DNA from: an uncultured Sphaerochaeta sp.
Lineage (GTDB): Bacteria > Spirochaetota > Spirochaetia > Sphaerochaetales > Sphaerochaetaceae
Reading direction: 5' to 3'
Assembly (NCBI GenBank): GCA_963677075.1
Contig: OY781873.1
Span: forward strand, 1,759,715-1,823,714
Length of the DNA stretch: 64,000 nucleotides
The notes under the pieces were generated by a model. It worked only from the letters and a program-made list of their open reading frames with translations, made no database searches and had not been told where the DNA came from. Of this stretch, positions 18,687 through 28,490 are shown in pieces. A program made the translations under genes and the position numbers. Position 1 is the stretch's first letter, and each line of letters starts with the position of its first letter.

Positions 18687-20891
18687 TTACAGGCTTCCGT
18701 GGAAGGTGCGGTTGATGACATCAAGCTGTTGTTCACGGGTGAGCTTGATGAAGTTCACTGCATATCCACTTACCCTGATCGTTAGTTGGGGATATTTTTC
18801 TGGGTGGTCCATGGCATCGAGCAATGTCTCCTTCTCCATGACATTCACGTTGATATGGTGTCCTTCCTCGATAAAATATCCATCCAGGAGTGTGACCAGG
18901 TTTGCCACCTGCATCTGCTTATCCTTTCCAAGGGTCTGCGGGATGATCGAGAAGGTGTAACTGATTCCATCCTGGGCATCGTCATAGGAGAGTTTTGCCA
19001 CACTCTTCATACTCGCAACACACCCCTTCTTGTCCCTTCCGTGCATCGGGTTTGCGCCCGGAGCAAACGGCTCGCCAGCCTTTCTTCCATCCGGGGTACT
19101 CCCTGTCTTCTTCCCATAGACCACGTTGCTGGTGATGGTAAGGACAGAGAGGGTGGGGATACTCTTTCGGTAGGTCGTATGCCGCCTCATCTTGGTGATG
19201 AACCCTCTTACCAGATCCTTGGCAATTGCATCAACCTGCTCGTCATTGTTTCCGTAGGTGGGGAAGTCTCCTTCAATCTCAAAATCGACAGCAAGTCCCC
19301 GCTCATCCCTGATAGGTCTTACCTTTGCATACTTGATGGCTGAGAGGCTGTCGGCAACGACACTCAATCCAGCGATTCCCCCTGCCATGGTACGCATTAC
19401 CTGTACATCATGCAGGGCCATTTCAAGTCTTTCATAGCTGTACTTGTCATGCATGTAGTGGATGACATTCAAGGTATCGATATACAGTTTTGCAAGCCAG
19501 CTGCTCATCGCCTCATAGCGGTCCATAACGGTGTCATAGTCAAGAACATCATCACCCACTGGAGCCAGTTTAGGTCCAATCTGTTCCCCGCTCTTCTCAT
19601 CCCTTCCCCCGTTGATTGCGTAGAGCAAGGTCTTTGCCAGATTCACCCGAGCACCAAAGAATTGCATCTGCTTGCCCAACTCCATGGCTGAGACACAGCA
19701 GGCAATGCCGTAGTCATCACCGTAATCCTTCCTCATCAGGTCATCGTTTTCATACTGGATCGAGGAGGTCTCGATGGAGAGACGGGCACAGAACTTCTTG
19801 AAGGACTGTGGAAGACGGTCACTCCAGAGTACAGTCAGGTTTGGTTCAGGGGCAGGACCAAGATTGGTAAGGCTGTGCAGGAACCGGTAGCTCATTTTGG
19901 TAACCAGATGACGTCCATCGTGGCCAACACCGCCAATGGATTCAGTAACCCAGGTGGGGTCGCCACTGAACAGCTCATCATAGGAGGGGGTCCTGAGGAA
20001 TCGAATGATTCGGAGCTTCATGATGAAATGATCCACCAATTCCTGGATTTCCGATTCACTGAAACGGCCGCTCCCCAGATCTTTCTCTGCATAGATGTCA
20101 AGGAAGGTGGAGACCCTTCCCAGGCTCATAGCAGCTCCGTTCTGTTCCTTGGTTGCTGCAAGGAAGGCAAAATACAACCACTGGATGGCTTCCTTTGTAT
20201 CGGTTGCGGGCTTTGAGATATCATAGCCATAGGTGGCTGCCATCTCTTTCAGCTCCAGAAGGCTGCGGATTTGCTCACTGAGTTCCTCACGGTCGCGGAT
20301 AACCTCCTCAGTCATTGCATCAAAGTGGAAATTATCCTTTGCTCGCTGCTTTTCCTTGATCAGGTAATCGATACCATAGAGGGGAACTCTTCGATAGTCA
20401 CCGATGATCCTTCCCCTCCCATATGCATCGGGAAGTCCTGTGATGATGCCGCTGTGACGCACCTTACGCATCTGTTCTGTGTATACATCGAAGACTCCGT
20501 CATTGTGTGTCTTGCGATACTTGAATACTTCATCGATGGACTCTGGAAGGGTACGATCGTAGGCTTTCAACTCGGTATGTACCAGTCTGATACCTCCAAA
20601 TGGCATGATGGCACGCTTGAGGGGCTCATCGGTCTGCAAGCCGACAATTTGCTCAAGATCTCGGTTGATGTATCCATCCTTGTGGCTGACAATAGTGGAT
20701 ATGGTATGTTCATCGATGTCATACATGCCGCCACGCCGGCGCTCGACCTCGAGTAGTTCCTTGAGTTCTCCCCACAGTTTCTCTGTCCGTTCAGTGGGCC
20801 CTGCAAGGAAGGATTCGTCCCCGTCATAGGGGGTGTAGTGCTCTGTGATGTACTTTCTTGTATTGATTTCGTAATATGTATCTTCACTCAT
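18687..20891 (-). CDS. pflB: Formate C-acetyltransferase
   Basis: IACCVS active site and C-terminal IRVSGYAV glycyl-radical motif. Confidence 0.98.
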   Translation of the reverse strand: MSEDTYYEINTRKYITEHYTPYDGDESFLAGPTERTEKLWGELKELLEVERRRGGMYDIDEHTISTIVSHKDGYINRDLEQIVGLQTDEPLKRAIMPFGGIRLVHTELKAYDRTLPESIDEVFKYRKTHNDGVFDVYTEQMRKVRHSGIITGLPDAYGRGRIIGDYRRVPLYGIDYLIKEKQRAKDNFHFDAMTEEVIRDREELSEQIRSLLELKEMAATYGYDISKPATDTKEAIQWLYFAFLAATKEQNGAAMSLGRVSTFLDIYAEKDLGSGRFSESEIQELVDHFIMKLRIIRFLRTPSYDELFSGDPTWVTESIGGVGHDGRHLVTKMSYRFLHSLTNLGPAPEPNLTVLWSDRLPQSFKKFCARLSIETSSIQYENDDLMRKDYGDDYGIACCVSAMELGKQMQFFGARVNLAKTLLYAINGGRDEKSGEQIGPKLAPVGDDVLDYDTVMDRYEAMSSWLAKLYIDTLNVIHYMHDKYSYERLEMALHDVQVMRTMAGGIAGLSVVADSLSAIKYAKVRPIRDERGLAVDFEIEGDFPTYGNNDEQVDAIAKDLVRGFITKMRRHTTYRKSIPTLSVLTITSNVVYGKKTGSTPDGRKAGEPFAPGANPMHGRDKKGCVASMKSVAKLSYDDAQDGISYTFSIIPQTLGKDKQMQVANLVTLLDGYFIEEGHHINVNVMEKETLLDAMDHPEKYPQLTIRVSGYAVNFIKLTREQQLDVINRTFHGSL

Positions 20892-20963
20892 GGTGTTTCC
20901 CCTTTCAATAAGTTTTCGTATACTTCAGATACGTTAGATGTACCATGATGACGATTTTTGTTC

Positions 20964-20979
20964 TGTGATTGAAATCACA
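20964..20979. promoter_or_regulatory. CRP/Fnr-family binding site
   Basis: Perfect TGTGA-N6-TCACA between divergent pflB and the Crp/Fnr gene. Confidence 0.75.
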
Positions 20980-21011
20980 AACCAAGTAAAAAAGTAGGAG
21001 TTAGAAATACT

Positions 21012-21725
21012 GTGTCCAATGTATGTGATGGTTGTAGTAATGATCTCTGCCTGCGAAATGTACCACTCTTCTCTTCTTTGCAACGTGATGCCGTGCATGC
21101 GCTCACCAGTGAGATGGAACACCGTCGCTACAAGAAGGGAGAGATTATTGTACGGGAAGGAGAGAAGGCCTCTGCTTTTACTGTTATCAGGGAGGGGAGT
21201 GCCAAGGCATATCGCATCACACCGGACGGAAGAGAGCAAATCCTTTATATCTTTCCTGAAAACGACTATTTTGGTGCTAGGTTCCTGTTCACGGAAGAGC
21301 GGGTTCCCTATACGGTGGAAGCTCTGGAACCAACAACGGTTTGTATCCTGAACAAGACCAATTTCGCCAATCTACTGGCTGAACACAGTCAGGTTGCCAT
21401 CGAGATCATTGAGGCCATGGCAAACCGAATGAGCCGGCTTGAGAGTGCCATGCAGAGCATGGGGGGGCGCAATGCCGATATGAGAATTGCCAGCCTCCTT
21501 CTGGAGTTCAAGGAATCGTACGGTCATTATAATGGCAATTTCCTTGAAATAACCCTCCCATTGAGTAGGGAGGGCCTTGCCAATTATCTGGGGATCGCAC
21601 GGGAGACACTGAGCCGTAAACTCACGCAATTCGAGGAAGAAGGGATCATTCTAGCAGTGGGGAACCGGGTGATCCGGATATTGGATATTGAAAGACTCAC
21701 AGAACTCTCATTCTTTGTTGACTAA
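21012..21725 (+). CDS. Crp/Fnr-family regulator with N-terminal Cys cluster
   Basis: CDGCSNDLC; cNMP-binding fold; LSREGLANYLGIARETLSRKL HTH. Confidence 0.92.
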   Translation: MSNVCDGCSNDLCLRNVPLFSSLQRDAVHALTSEMEHRRYKKGEIIVREGEKASAFTVIREGSAKAYRITPDGREQILYIFPENDYFGARFLFTEERVPYTVEALEPTTVCILNKTNFANLLAEHSQVAIEIIEAMANRMSRLESAMQSMGGRNADMRIASLLLEFKESYGHYNGNFLEITLPLSREGLANYLGIARETLSRKLTQFEEEGIILAVGNRVIRILDIERLTELSFFVD

Positions 21726-21732
21726 GTATCGG

Positions 21733-22266
21733 TTACTGCTTGCTTGCTCTCTCATAGATAGCCTCAATCTCTTCCTTGCCCATCATTTTAGAGAGAAGGA
21801 ATGCTATGATGATGATGCCTGGAATATCGATAAGCAACCGGGTAAGTGCAAATGGTGCTCCCAAGGCTGAGAATTCGAAGAGAATCATTGGTATCTTGGT
21901 TGTGGACCATGCCCCGATGAAGATAAGGATATTGGAGAATGTCACTCCCTTTTTCATAAACACCGCTGCCACAGGGAAAGCTCCGTACAGGGGGCCTGCA
22001 GCAGCAGAACCAATGAAAAGGGAGAGTAGTATACCTTTCAATCCACTCCCTTTCCCCATATATCTTACCATTGTCTGTTTGGGGACCCATACATCAAGCA
22101 GACCAAGCAGAATGAAGATTGGGGGTATGACCAATAACATTTCCTTTAATTGCATGACCGTAATATTGAATACGCCTGTTCCCAACTCTTTATTGAATAG
22201 GCTGACAATCCCCAACAGTACCAGAACTAGCAGGAATGAGCTGTAGCGTTTTACCAAAGTTGTCAT
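21733..22266 (-). CDS. Predicted permease half (DUF318/ArsP-like)
   Basis: GSAAAGPLYGAFPVAA; hydrophobic. Confidence 0.8.
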   Translation of the reverse strand: MTTLVKRYSSFLLVLVLLGIVSLFNKELGTGVFNITVMQLKEMLLVIPPIFILLGLLDVWVPKQTMVRYMGKGSGLKGILLSLFIGSAAAGPLYGAFPVAAVFMKKGVTFSNILIFIGAWSTTKIPMILFEFSALGAPFALTRLLIDIPGIIIIAFLLSKMMGKEEIEAIYERASKQ

Positions 22267-22748
22267 AATACCACCTCCAAAACTGTTCCAATAGTGAAGG
22301 CAACAACAAATGAGAATATGAATGCAAGTGTATTTCTATAAAGCGTCAAGCGCTTTCCAAAGTACTGTATCTCTATGGGTAGGGTTACTACACCCACCAT
22401 CATCAGCGTTGAGATGAAGGCTGCGATCTGCATATAGCCAGCCCCTCCCTCAAGAAGCAAGGCAGCGGTGGGGAATGCCACAAAACCTGGTATGAGGGTA
22501 ACTGAGCCTACAATGGCAGCAAGGACAACACCAATCCATCCAGAGTCCTTGCCAATAATCCTTACAATGGTCTCATGGTCGAGGATGCTGAGCAGGAGAC
22601 TGACGAATAGAATAACGACAAGAAATTGGGGAAGAATATTCTCAAATGCTCTCCACGCTTTTAAAAGCGCTTTCTTTGTCTTTTCCCTGTCCTTGAGAAA
22701 TGAGAGTACCAATAAAAGTGCTGTAACACTATAGAGTATCAGGTTCAT
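22263..22748 (-). CDS. Predicted permease half (DUF318/ArsP-like)
   Basis: GSVTLIPGFVAFPTAA; overlaps partner by 4 nt. Confidence 0.8.
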   Translation of the reverse strand: MNLILYSVTALLLVLSFLKDREKTKKALLKAWRAFENILPQFLVVILFVSLLLSILDHETIVRIIGKDSGWIGVVLAAIVGSVTLIPGFVAFPTAALLLEGGAGYMQIAAFISTLMMVGVVTLPIEIQYFGKRLTLYRNTLAFIFSFVVAFTIGTVLEVVL

Positions 22749-22963
22749 GTGAAGGTCCTTACAGTAAAGATAGAACAATGTATAGCAAATTTACTTGCTA
22801 TTGACAATCATATGTGCATATATTATGGGTATAACACATGAATAAGGGCATTGACGTCCCTTCGATGTAGATAGGTCTCCCATTATTTCCTTGCGAAATT
22901 GCTACTGGTGGAGTACGCTTGTGATAGAAGGGAGCTAGATAATATACGAAATGGAGGTTATGT

Positions 22964-23407
22964 ATGGCAAACGTACAATCAATTCTGGACCAAAAGGGAA
23001 GCACCGTTTACAGTATCACACCTGAGGATACCTTGGCTCATGCCCTTTTGAAACTTACCGAGCATAAGATTGGTGCACTGTTGGTACTTAATGAGAATGG
23101 GGATATCAAGGGTATTCTTTCAGAGCGTGATATCATCCGCCATTTTTCTCGCAGGCTGGAGCATTTGAACACTGCATCCATTCCGGTGAAGGAAGTGATG
23201 ACCGTTGGTGTTACCTGCATAAAGCCAGAGCAGAATCTTGATGATTGCTTGCAGCTAATGACTGCTGGCAGATTCCGCCACCTTCCTGTGGTGAATGAAG
23301 ACAAGGTGGTTGGTATGGTGTCAATTGGCGATGTTGTCAAGGCAGCTCTTGAGGAGCGTGACTTTGAGATCGGCGAATTGGAGCACTATATCACGAATGC
23401 CTACTAA
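22964..23407 (+). CDS. CBS-domain protein
   Basis: IGALLV..GILSERD and FRHLPVV...GMVSIGDVVK. Confidence 0.92.
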   Translation: MANVQSILDQKGSTVYSITPEDTLAHALLKLTEHKIGALLVLNENGDIKGILSERDIIRHFSRRLEHLNTASIPVKEVMTVGVTCIKPEQNLDDCLQLMTAGRFRHLPVVNEDKVVGMVSIGDVVKAALEERDFEIGELEHYITNAY

Positions 23408-23435
23408 AAGAGGGCATATTATAAATCTTTTTCAT

Positions 23436-23465
23436 AAAAGCGCTTCACTTTCGGGGCGCTTTTTA
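23436..23465. terminator. Intrinsic terminator
   Basis: AAAAGCGCTTC...GGGGCGCTTTTT. Confidence 0.6.
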
Positions 23466-23504
23466 TCATACTATTTAAGTAGGAATTAAATTGAAGGAGT
23501 TTGT

Positions 23505-24728
23505 ATGGACGAGAAAAAGATCCAGCGCCTGAAAACCATAATTGAGAAATTACACGCTGGAGTTTCCAGTGATTCGGTAAAACAGGAGTTCGAAGCAGAA
23601 TTTGGAACCATCAGTGCAGAAGATTTGGCGGCAGCAGAAAAGAAACTGATCGAAGATGGTGAGATTCAAGTAGAGCAGGTACAGAAGCTCTGTGACGTAC
23701 ATGCTTCCATTTTTGGTGGCAGTGTGGAAGAGATTCATGGTGGAAAGACCATCGAACAAACCCCCGGCCATCCCGCATTTGTGTTCCTGAAGGAAAATGA
23801 AGGCTTGCTCTCATTCCTCGATGGAGCGTTTTCAGCTGCAGTGAAGGCGTACAAACAAGAGAATAACGAACGTACCAGGGCTGACCTTCTCTCAGCACTC
23901 AAGAGCCTCAGTAAGCTCGATAACCACTATTCCAGAAAGGAGAACCTTTTCTTCCCGTACTTGGAGAAGGCTGGGATAACTGCTCCTCCAAAGGTGATGT
24001 GGGGAGTTGATGACGAAATCAGGGACCTATACAAGCTCCTGATCCGTACCCTCGAATCCTCAGACAAGGTTCTCGAGACCGAACTAACCCATGTCGAAGA
24101 GCAAGTGAGAAGCATGATCGACAAGGAGAACAACATTCTTATGCCTATGCTTCAGGGTTGCATGGATAAAGATGCCTGGTTGATTGTTGCTCGAGATAGT
24201 GCTGACATCGGATACTGCTTTAATGGTGGGATAGAAGGTGCAAGCCCCTCAGATGCAACCACGTGGTACCGCTGGAATGCAACCATGAGTGGAAAGGATG
24301 ATTTTGCCTCCAAACAGGAGACAAGTGGAGAGGTTACGCTCCCTAGTGGTCATTTTACCCTGGAAGAGCTGACATGGATGCTGAATACCATGCCTGCTGA
24401 TATCACCTTTGTTGGTGCCGATGACAAGGTCCGTTTCTTCAGTGAGGGAAAGGAACGTGTATTCCCAAGAACAAGGAGTATCATCGGACGTGATGTTGAA
24501 CATTGTCATCCACCAAAGAGTCTTGCTGTTGTAGAGAAGCTGGTTTCTGACTTCAAGGCAGGAATCAAGGACAGTGAGTCTTTCTGGATTCAGAAAGGTT
24601 CCAAGTTCATTTTGATCCGCTATTATGCAGTGAGAAACAACAACCAGGAGTACCTGGGTGTGCTAGAGGTGACGGAAGAAATTTCTGAGCTGAGAAGCCT
24701 GGATGGTCAGAAGACCTTGCTTGGTTGA
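23505..24728 (+). CDS. DUF438 / hemerythrin-like / PAS protein
   Basis: LCDVHAS, GHP...EN, HYSRKENLFFPYLE, MWGVDDEIR, PAS with CHPPKS. Confidence 0.85.
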   Translation: MDEKKIQRLKTIIEKLHAGVSSDSVKQEFEAEFGTISAEDLAAAEKKLIEDGEIQVEQVQKLCDVHASIFGGSVEEIHGGKTIEQTPGHPAFVFLKENEGLLSFLDGAFSAAVKAYKQENNERTRADLLSALKSLSKLDNHYSRKENLFFPYLEKAGITAPPKVMWGVDDEIRDLYKLLIRTLESSDKVLETELTHVEEQVRSMIDKENNILMPMLQGCMDKDAWLIVARDSADIGYCFNGGIEGASPSDATTWYRWNATMSGKDDFASKQETSGEVTLPSGHFTLEELTWMLNTMPADITFVGADDKVRFFSEGKERVFPRTRSIIGRDVEHCHPPKSLAVVEKLVSDFKAGIKDSESFWIQKGSKFILIRYYAVRNNNQEYLGVLEVTEEISELRSLDGQKTLLG

Positions 24729-24767
24729 TCATTAGACCAATCATGTATTTGAAGAGCTACAGGGCGA

Positions 24768-25040
24768 TTACTTGTTCTGTAGCTCTTTTTTCATCTTGTC
24801 GATGAATGCAATATAGGCATAGATCTGCCCTTGGATCTCGCTGTTCTTCAATTCCCCACGTCCAACCCAATCCTGTCCTTCATAGACCGTGAGATGGTGA
24901 AGCTCTCCTTCAATATCGATGAGAGACAGGGGAGCCATCTTCTGTCGATTCTCCAGGTACAACATTGTCCTATCATATGATTCGTGGAATACTCTCTCTT
25001 CTCCAGTGAGGTCGGGATCAAGATTATGGGTAGTGTTCAT
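24768..25040 (-). CDS. Hypothetical protein, last gene of the ndh-hepT operon
   Basis: 8 nt downstream of the prenyl synthase gene with AGGA RBS. Confidence 0.6.
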   Translation of the reverse strand: MNTTHNLDPDLTGEERVFHESYDRTMLYLENRQKMAPLSLIDIEGELHHLTVYEGQDWVGRGELKNSEIQGQIYAYIAFIDKMKKELQNK

Positions 25041-25048
25041 AGCAATTC

Positions 25049-26035
25049 CTATACTGAGCGAGCAGATAATTTTTCAAACAGGGAAGTCAACATACGCACA
25101 ACCTCAGGATTGCCGAGGCGGTGTATTTCTTCCAAGGCTCGCTTTCTATAGGATTCTGCAAGAAATTGCGCTTTTTGTATACCACCCAGTTTCTCAACCA
25201 ATGTAAGAACGTTTGTTGTGGTACGCTGGTCCAGTGGGATTTTCTTGTCGCTGAGCATACTCTTCAGCTCATGTTTGCCCAACTCGTTCTCTATCTCCAG
25301 GGCACAGATGAGTGGGAGGGTAGGGATTCCACTCTTTACGTCCCCACCGGTATGTTTGCCGAGTTTCTTGCTGCTTCCGATATAATCAAGAATATCATCC
25401 TGGATCTGGAAAGCCATTCCCATGCAATAACCGATATGGTGCGCGAGTTTACTGGTTGCATCATTGATTTCCTGTAGCGCCGCTCCGCTGTAACAGCTGA
25501 GCGCAAACAGACTGGCGGTCTTACCCCCAATACGGCGCAAATACGTACTTCGGTCAATGAAGAAGTCCCCCTGCCCAGCATCCTGGTCAAGTTCACTTTC
25601 ACACAGTCGCGTCAGTGCTCGTGATACAACCTGACTATCCATCCCTCGCTCTTTCCCACTGGTCAGCATCAATGCTCGCGCCAAGAGAAAATCTCCTGCC
25701 AAAACAGCTTGCTTTGCTCCAACCTTGGCAAAGACCGAGGCTCTTCCCCGTCGTTTTTGGGCACCGTCGATGATATCATCATGTACCAAAGATGCAAGAT
25801 GAATGAGTTCAATAACTGAGCCCACCCTGATTGCATCCTCACTGCGATCCTCATCGCCGATCTTGCTGGTGATGAGGACCAAGGCAGGACGAAGCATCTT
25901 GCCGGTGCTGTTCACATGGTCTTCCAGGATTGGCCTGATAAAACCATGTGCTGTAGCAACAGTCTGTTCAATGGTGTTGCGGACTACCTGAAGTTGTGCT
26001 TGGATATGAGGCTCATCGTCCCAAAACTCTGACAT
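25049..26035 (-). CDS. hepT: Polyprenyl (heptaprenyl-type) diphosphate synthase
   Basis: GKMLRP, HDDIID (FARM), RRG, FQIQDDILD (SARM). Confidence 0.88.
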   Translation of the reverse strand: MSEFWDDEPHIQAQLQVVRNTIEQTVATAHGFIRPILEDHVNSTGKMLRPALVLITSKIGDEDRSEDAIRVGSVIELIHLASLVHDDIIDGAQKRRGRASVFAKVGAKQAVLAGDFLLARALMLTSGKERGMDSQVVSRALTRLCESELDQDAGQGDFFIDRSTYLRRIGGKTASLFALSCYSGAALQEINDATSKLAHHIGYCMGMAFQIQDDILDYIGSSKKLGKHTGGDVKSGIPTLPLICALEIENELGKHELKSMLSDKKIPLDQRTTTNVLTLVEKLGGIQKAQFLAESYRKRALEEIHRLGNPEVVRMLTSLFEKLSARSV

Positions 26036-26041
26036 GATTGC

Positions 26042-28039
26042 CTACTTCCTGCCCAACTTTCTTTCCATTTGCTTCTTCGTGAATTCTGGTTCATCGAGAT
26101 AGAAATAGGTTTTCTTTGCAAGTGGGGTCTTGTTCCAAAGCTTCTTGATATACGGCATAACCCAGTAATCCAACCCGAAAGCCTTTCCAGCTCCCCCAAG
26201 CATAACAATGGATACTGCCATATACCAAAGAATCTCCTTGCCCGCCAGAGCTCCGATGAGGAACATGACAGAGAGTCCAAGCGAGACAATGGCTGCTGGG
26301 AACGTAAAGAGACCAGCTAGGAACAACAGTCCAATACCGAGCTCTGCAAGGACGATCATAATCTGGAAGAAGTAGGGAGCCTGTGCTACGAAGGTATCGT
26401 TTATCCAGGTGAAGATGGCAAGAGGTTCAGAGAGAAGAGGTGGTGCAAACTGCTCAACTGCACCAGCAGCTGCATCTCCTGCCGCTTGGCTTGCAGAGGC
26501 TACGGTCTCCACTGCTGCCTGGCTGGCTGATGCTACCGTCTCTACCGCTGCCTGACTGGCTGATGCTACCGTCTCTACCGCTGCCTGGCTGGCTGATGCC
26601 CAGCTGTCAGCTGATTCTGCCCCAGCTGGAGCGCCCCAATATACTTTCGATCCAGTGGTGTCGGTGAGCCATCCTTTGTTGATTTTCCCGATGCCTTCAA
26701 TGAGCCACATGACTCCGAGATACATTCTCAGGAACACAGTCCAGTAGGAAGGAACTTTATAGGTAGCCATCCCTCCAATGAGAGAACGTCTGTCCTTGAC
26801 CTCAAGAATCTCATGTTTGAGGTATCCCCAGATTGCGTTGACACCGCATACTCCGCTCTGATAATACAGGTTCACCAGATGCTTGAGTGCCATGGCGAAG
26901 AATCCTGAGAGAGAGATCCCAGCAGTATGGCTAACCGCGTATGTTCCACCGATGGACACCATATACCCATGGAAATTTGACTTATAGGGCTTTGGAGGAG
27001 TTGCTTTCAGCCCAAGTTCCTGCTTGATGGTATAGACAATACCGTCGGCAGCGGTCTTTGCGGTCTGCTCTGCAGCCTCGACTATCTGAGGTACTGCTCT
27101 ATTATCCTCGATGAACCACATGCCATCCCCAGCGAGATAGACATTCTTGTAGTCTGGGCTCTGCATGAACTCATTGACAGCCTTTCTTCCAATCTTTCCA
27201 TCGGTGAGGGGGAGTCTTTCGCAGAATTCAGTACCACGGACACCGCAGGTCCATACCAGCGTTTCTGTCTTGATGACATCTCCGTTCTTGGTGGTGAATC
27301 TATCTGCTTCAACATTGGTGATCAGGCTGTTGAGCATAATCTCAACACCCTTCTTTTCCATACGTTTGACTGCCTTCTCTCGGGGTTTCTCAGGAAGCAT
27401 GTTGAGGATGTTTCCCAGTCCCTCACAGTTGATCAAGCGTACTTCTTTCTTAAAGTCGATACCGTGCTTCTTGCACAGGATGGGAAGCCACTCGGTCAGC
27501 TCGCCAATAAGCTCTACACCGGTAAAACCACCGCCTGCAACTACAAAAGTGAGCATCTGCTTGCGCTTTTCCTCATCAGCTTCCTTGACAGCCTTACGTA
27601 CCGTGCATTCAATATGAGTGCGGAGCTTCAATGCATCCTCAAGACTCCAGAGATAGAAAGCGTGTTCCTTGACTCCTGGAATATTGAAATCGGCAGTCTG
27701 AGCACCAGTGCTGATAAGAAGCTGATCATAGGAGTAGGTGGACCTTTCTCCAGCTAGCACCTGCTTCTCGAAATCAATGCTGGTAATTTTGTCTTGTACC
27801 ACCCTAACCATCTTGCCGGAAAAAATACGGTCAAAGGAGATCTTTACCGATGCTTCATCAACACGATTTCCTGCAACTTCATGCAGCTCGGTCATGAGAA
27901 TATGGTGGCGGTTCTTGTCGATCAAGGTAATCTCAACCTTGTCTTTCTGTTTCTTGAATGCCTTGTGCAGTGCTTTTGCTGCATGCACACCTGCATAGCC
28001 TCCACCTAAAATAACAATCTGTTTCTTATCCATCATCAC
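26042..28039 (-). CDS. ndh: Type II NADH dehydrogenase fused to a DoxX-like membrane domain
   Basis: ILGGGYAG and VAGGGFTGVE; C-terminal FLRMYLGVMWLIEG..K..W and ELGIGLLFLAGLFT. Confidence 0.88.
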   Translation of the reverse strand: MMMDKKQIVILGGGYAGVHAAKALHKAFKKQKDKVEITLIDKNRHHILMTELHEVAGNRVDEASVKISFDRIFSGKMVRVVQDKITSIDFEKQVLAGERSTYSYDQLLISTGAQTADFNIPGVKEHAFYLWSLEDALKLRTHIECTVRKAVKEADEEKRKQMLTFVVAGGGFTGVELIGELTEWLPILCKKHGIDFKKEVRLINCEGLGNILNMLPEKPREKAVKRMEKKGVEIMLNSLITNVEADRFTTKNGDVIKTETLVWTCGVRGTEFCERLPLTDGKIGRKAVNEFMQSPDYKNVYLAGDGMWFIEDNRAVPQIVEAAEQTAKTAADGIVYTIKQELGLKATPPKPYKSNFHGYMVSIGGTYAVSHTAGISLSGFFAMALKHLVNLYYQSGVCGVNAIWGYLKHEILEVKDRRSLIGGMATYKVPSYWTVFLRMYLGVMWLIEGIGKINKGWLTDTTGSKVYWGAPAGAESADSWASASQAAVETVASASQAAVETVASASQAAVETVASASQAAGDAAAGAVEQFAPPLLSEPLAIFTWINDTFVAQAPYFFQIMIVLAELGIGLLFLAGLFTFPAAIVSLGLSVMFLIGALAGKEILWYMAVSIVMLGGAGKAFGLDYWVMPYIKKLWNKTPLAKKTYFYLDEPEFTKKQMERKLGRK
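26481..26600 (-). repeat. 33-bp (11-aa) tandem repeat in the DoxX loop, about 3.6 copies
   Basis: GCTGCCTGRCTGGCTGATGCTACCGTCTCTACC at 26514 and 26547, partial at 26580, synonymous variant at 26481; encodes ASASQAAVETV. Confidence 0.9.
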
Positions 28040-28242
28040 GTTCCTTGTTGGCCCTGTACGGGTACAGCGAGAATTATTTGGAAGGTGAGAAGAGTCTTAC
28101 CATCCCACCTGGTCTCACAAGAAGGCACTCTAGCATAAAACTAGGAATTAATGCAATTATACCATGTTTTTATCGATACAAAATACACATATCCTTGAAT
28201 ATTCTTGTGCTACAAACCTCTCCACTCTGTAAGGTAATTCTC

Positions 28243-28261
28243 CTGTAAGCGTTACTTACAG
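28243..28261. promoter_or_regulatory. Inverted repeat, candidate operator
   Basis: CTGTAAG-CGTTA-CTTACAG in the AT-rich divergent intergenic region. Confidence 0.45.
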
Positions 28262-28490
28262 TAAAGAAAATTTGAAAATTTTTTTGTGCACATTTTTGAT
28301 ATCAGAGTAAAACAATGGGTATGCTATTACTAATAAGTTTATTCTTTGTAAGTAATTAATAACACTTTATCGTTACTGAAAATTTATATTGATAATTTTA
28401 TGACGATATTGCATGAGTGTCAAAAATCAGTATATGATTATATATAAATAATGTTTGAACGATTTTCAAGTATTTGAGGAGTATCTTACG

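Noticed and set aside
26481-26600. 33-bp repeats as a CRISPR array
   Set aside because: Tandem without spacers, in frame within a CDS and varying at synonymous positions
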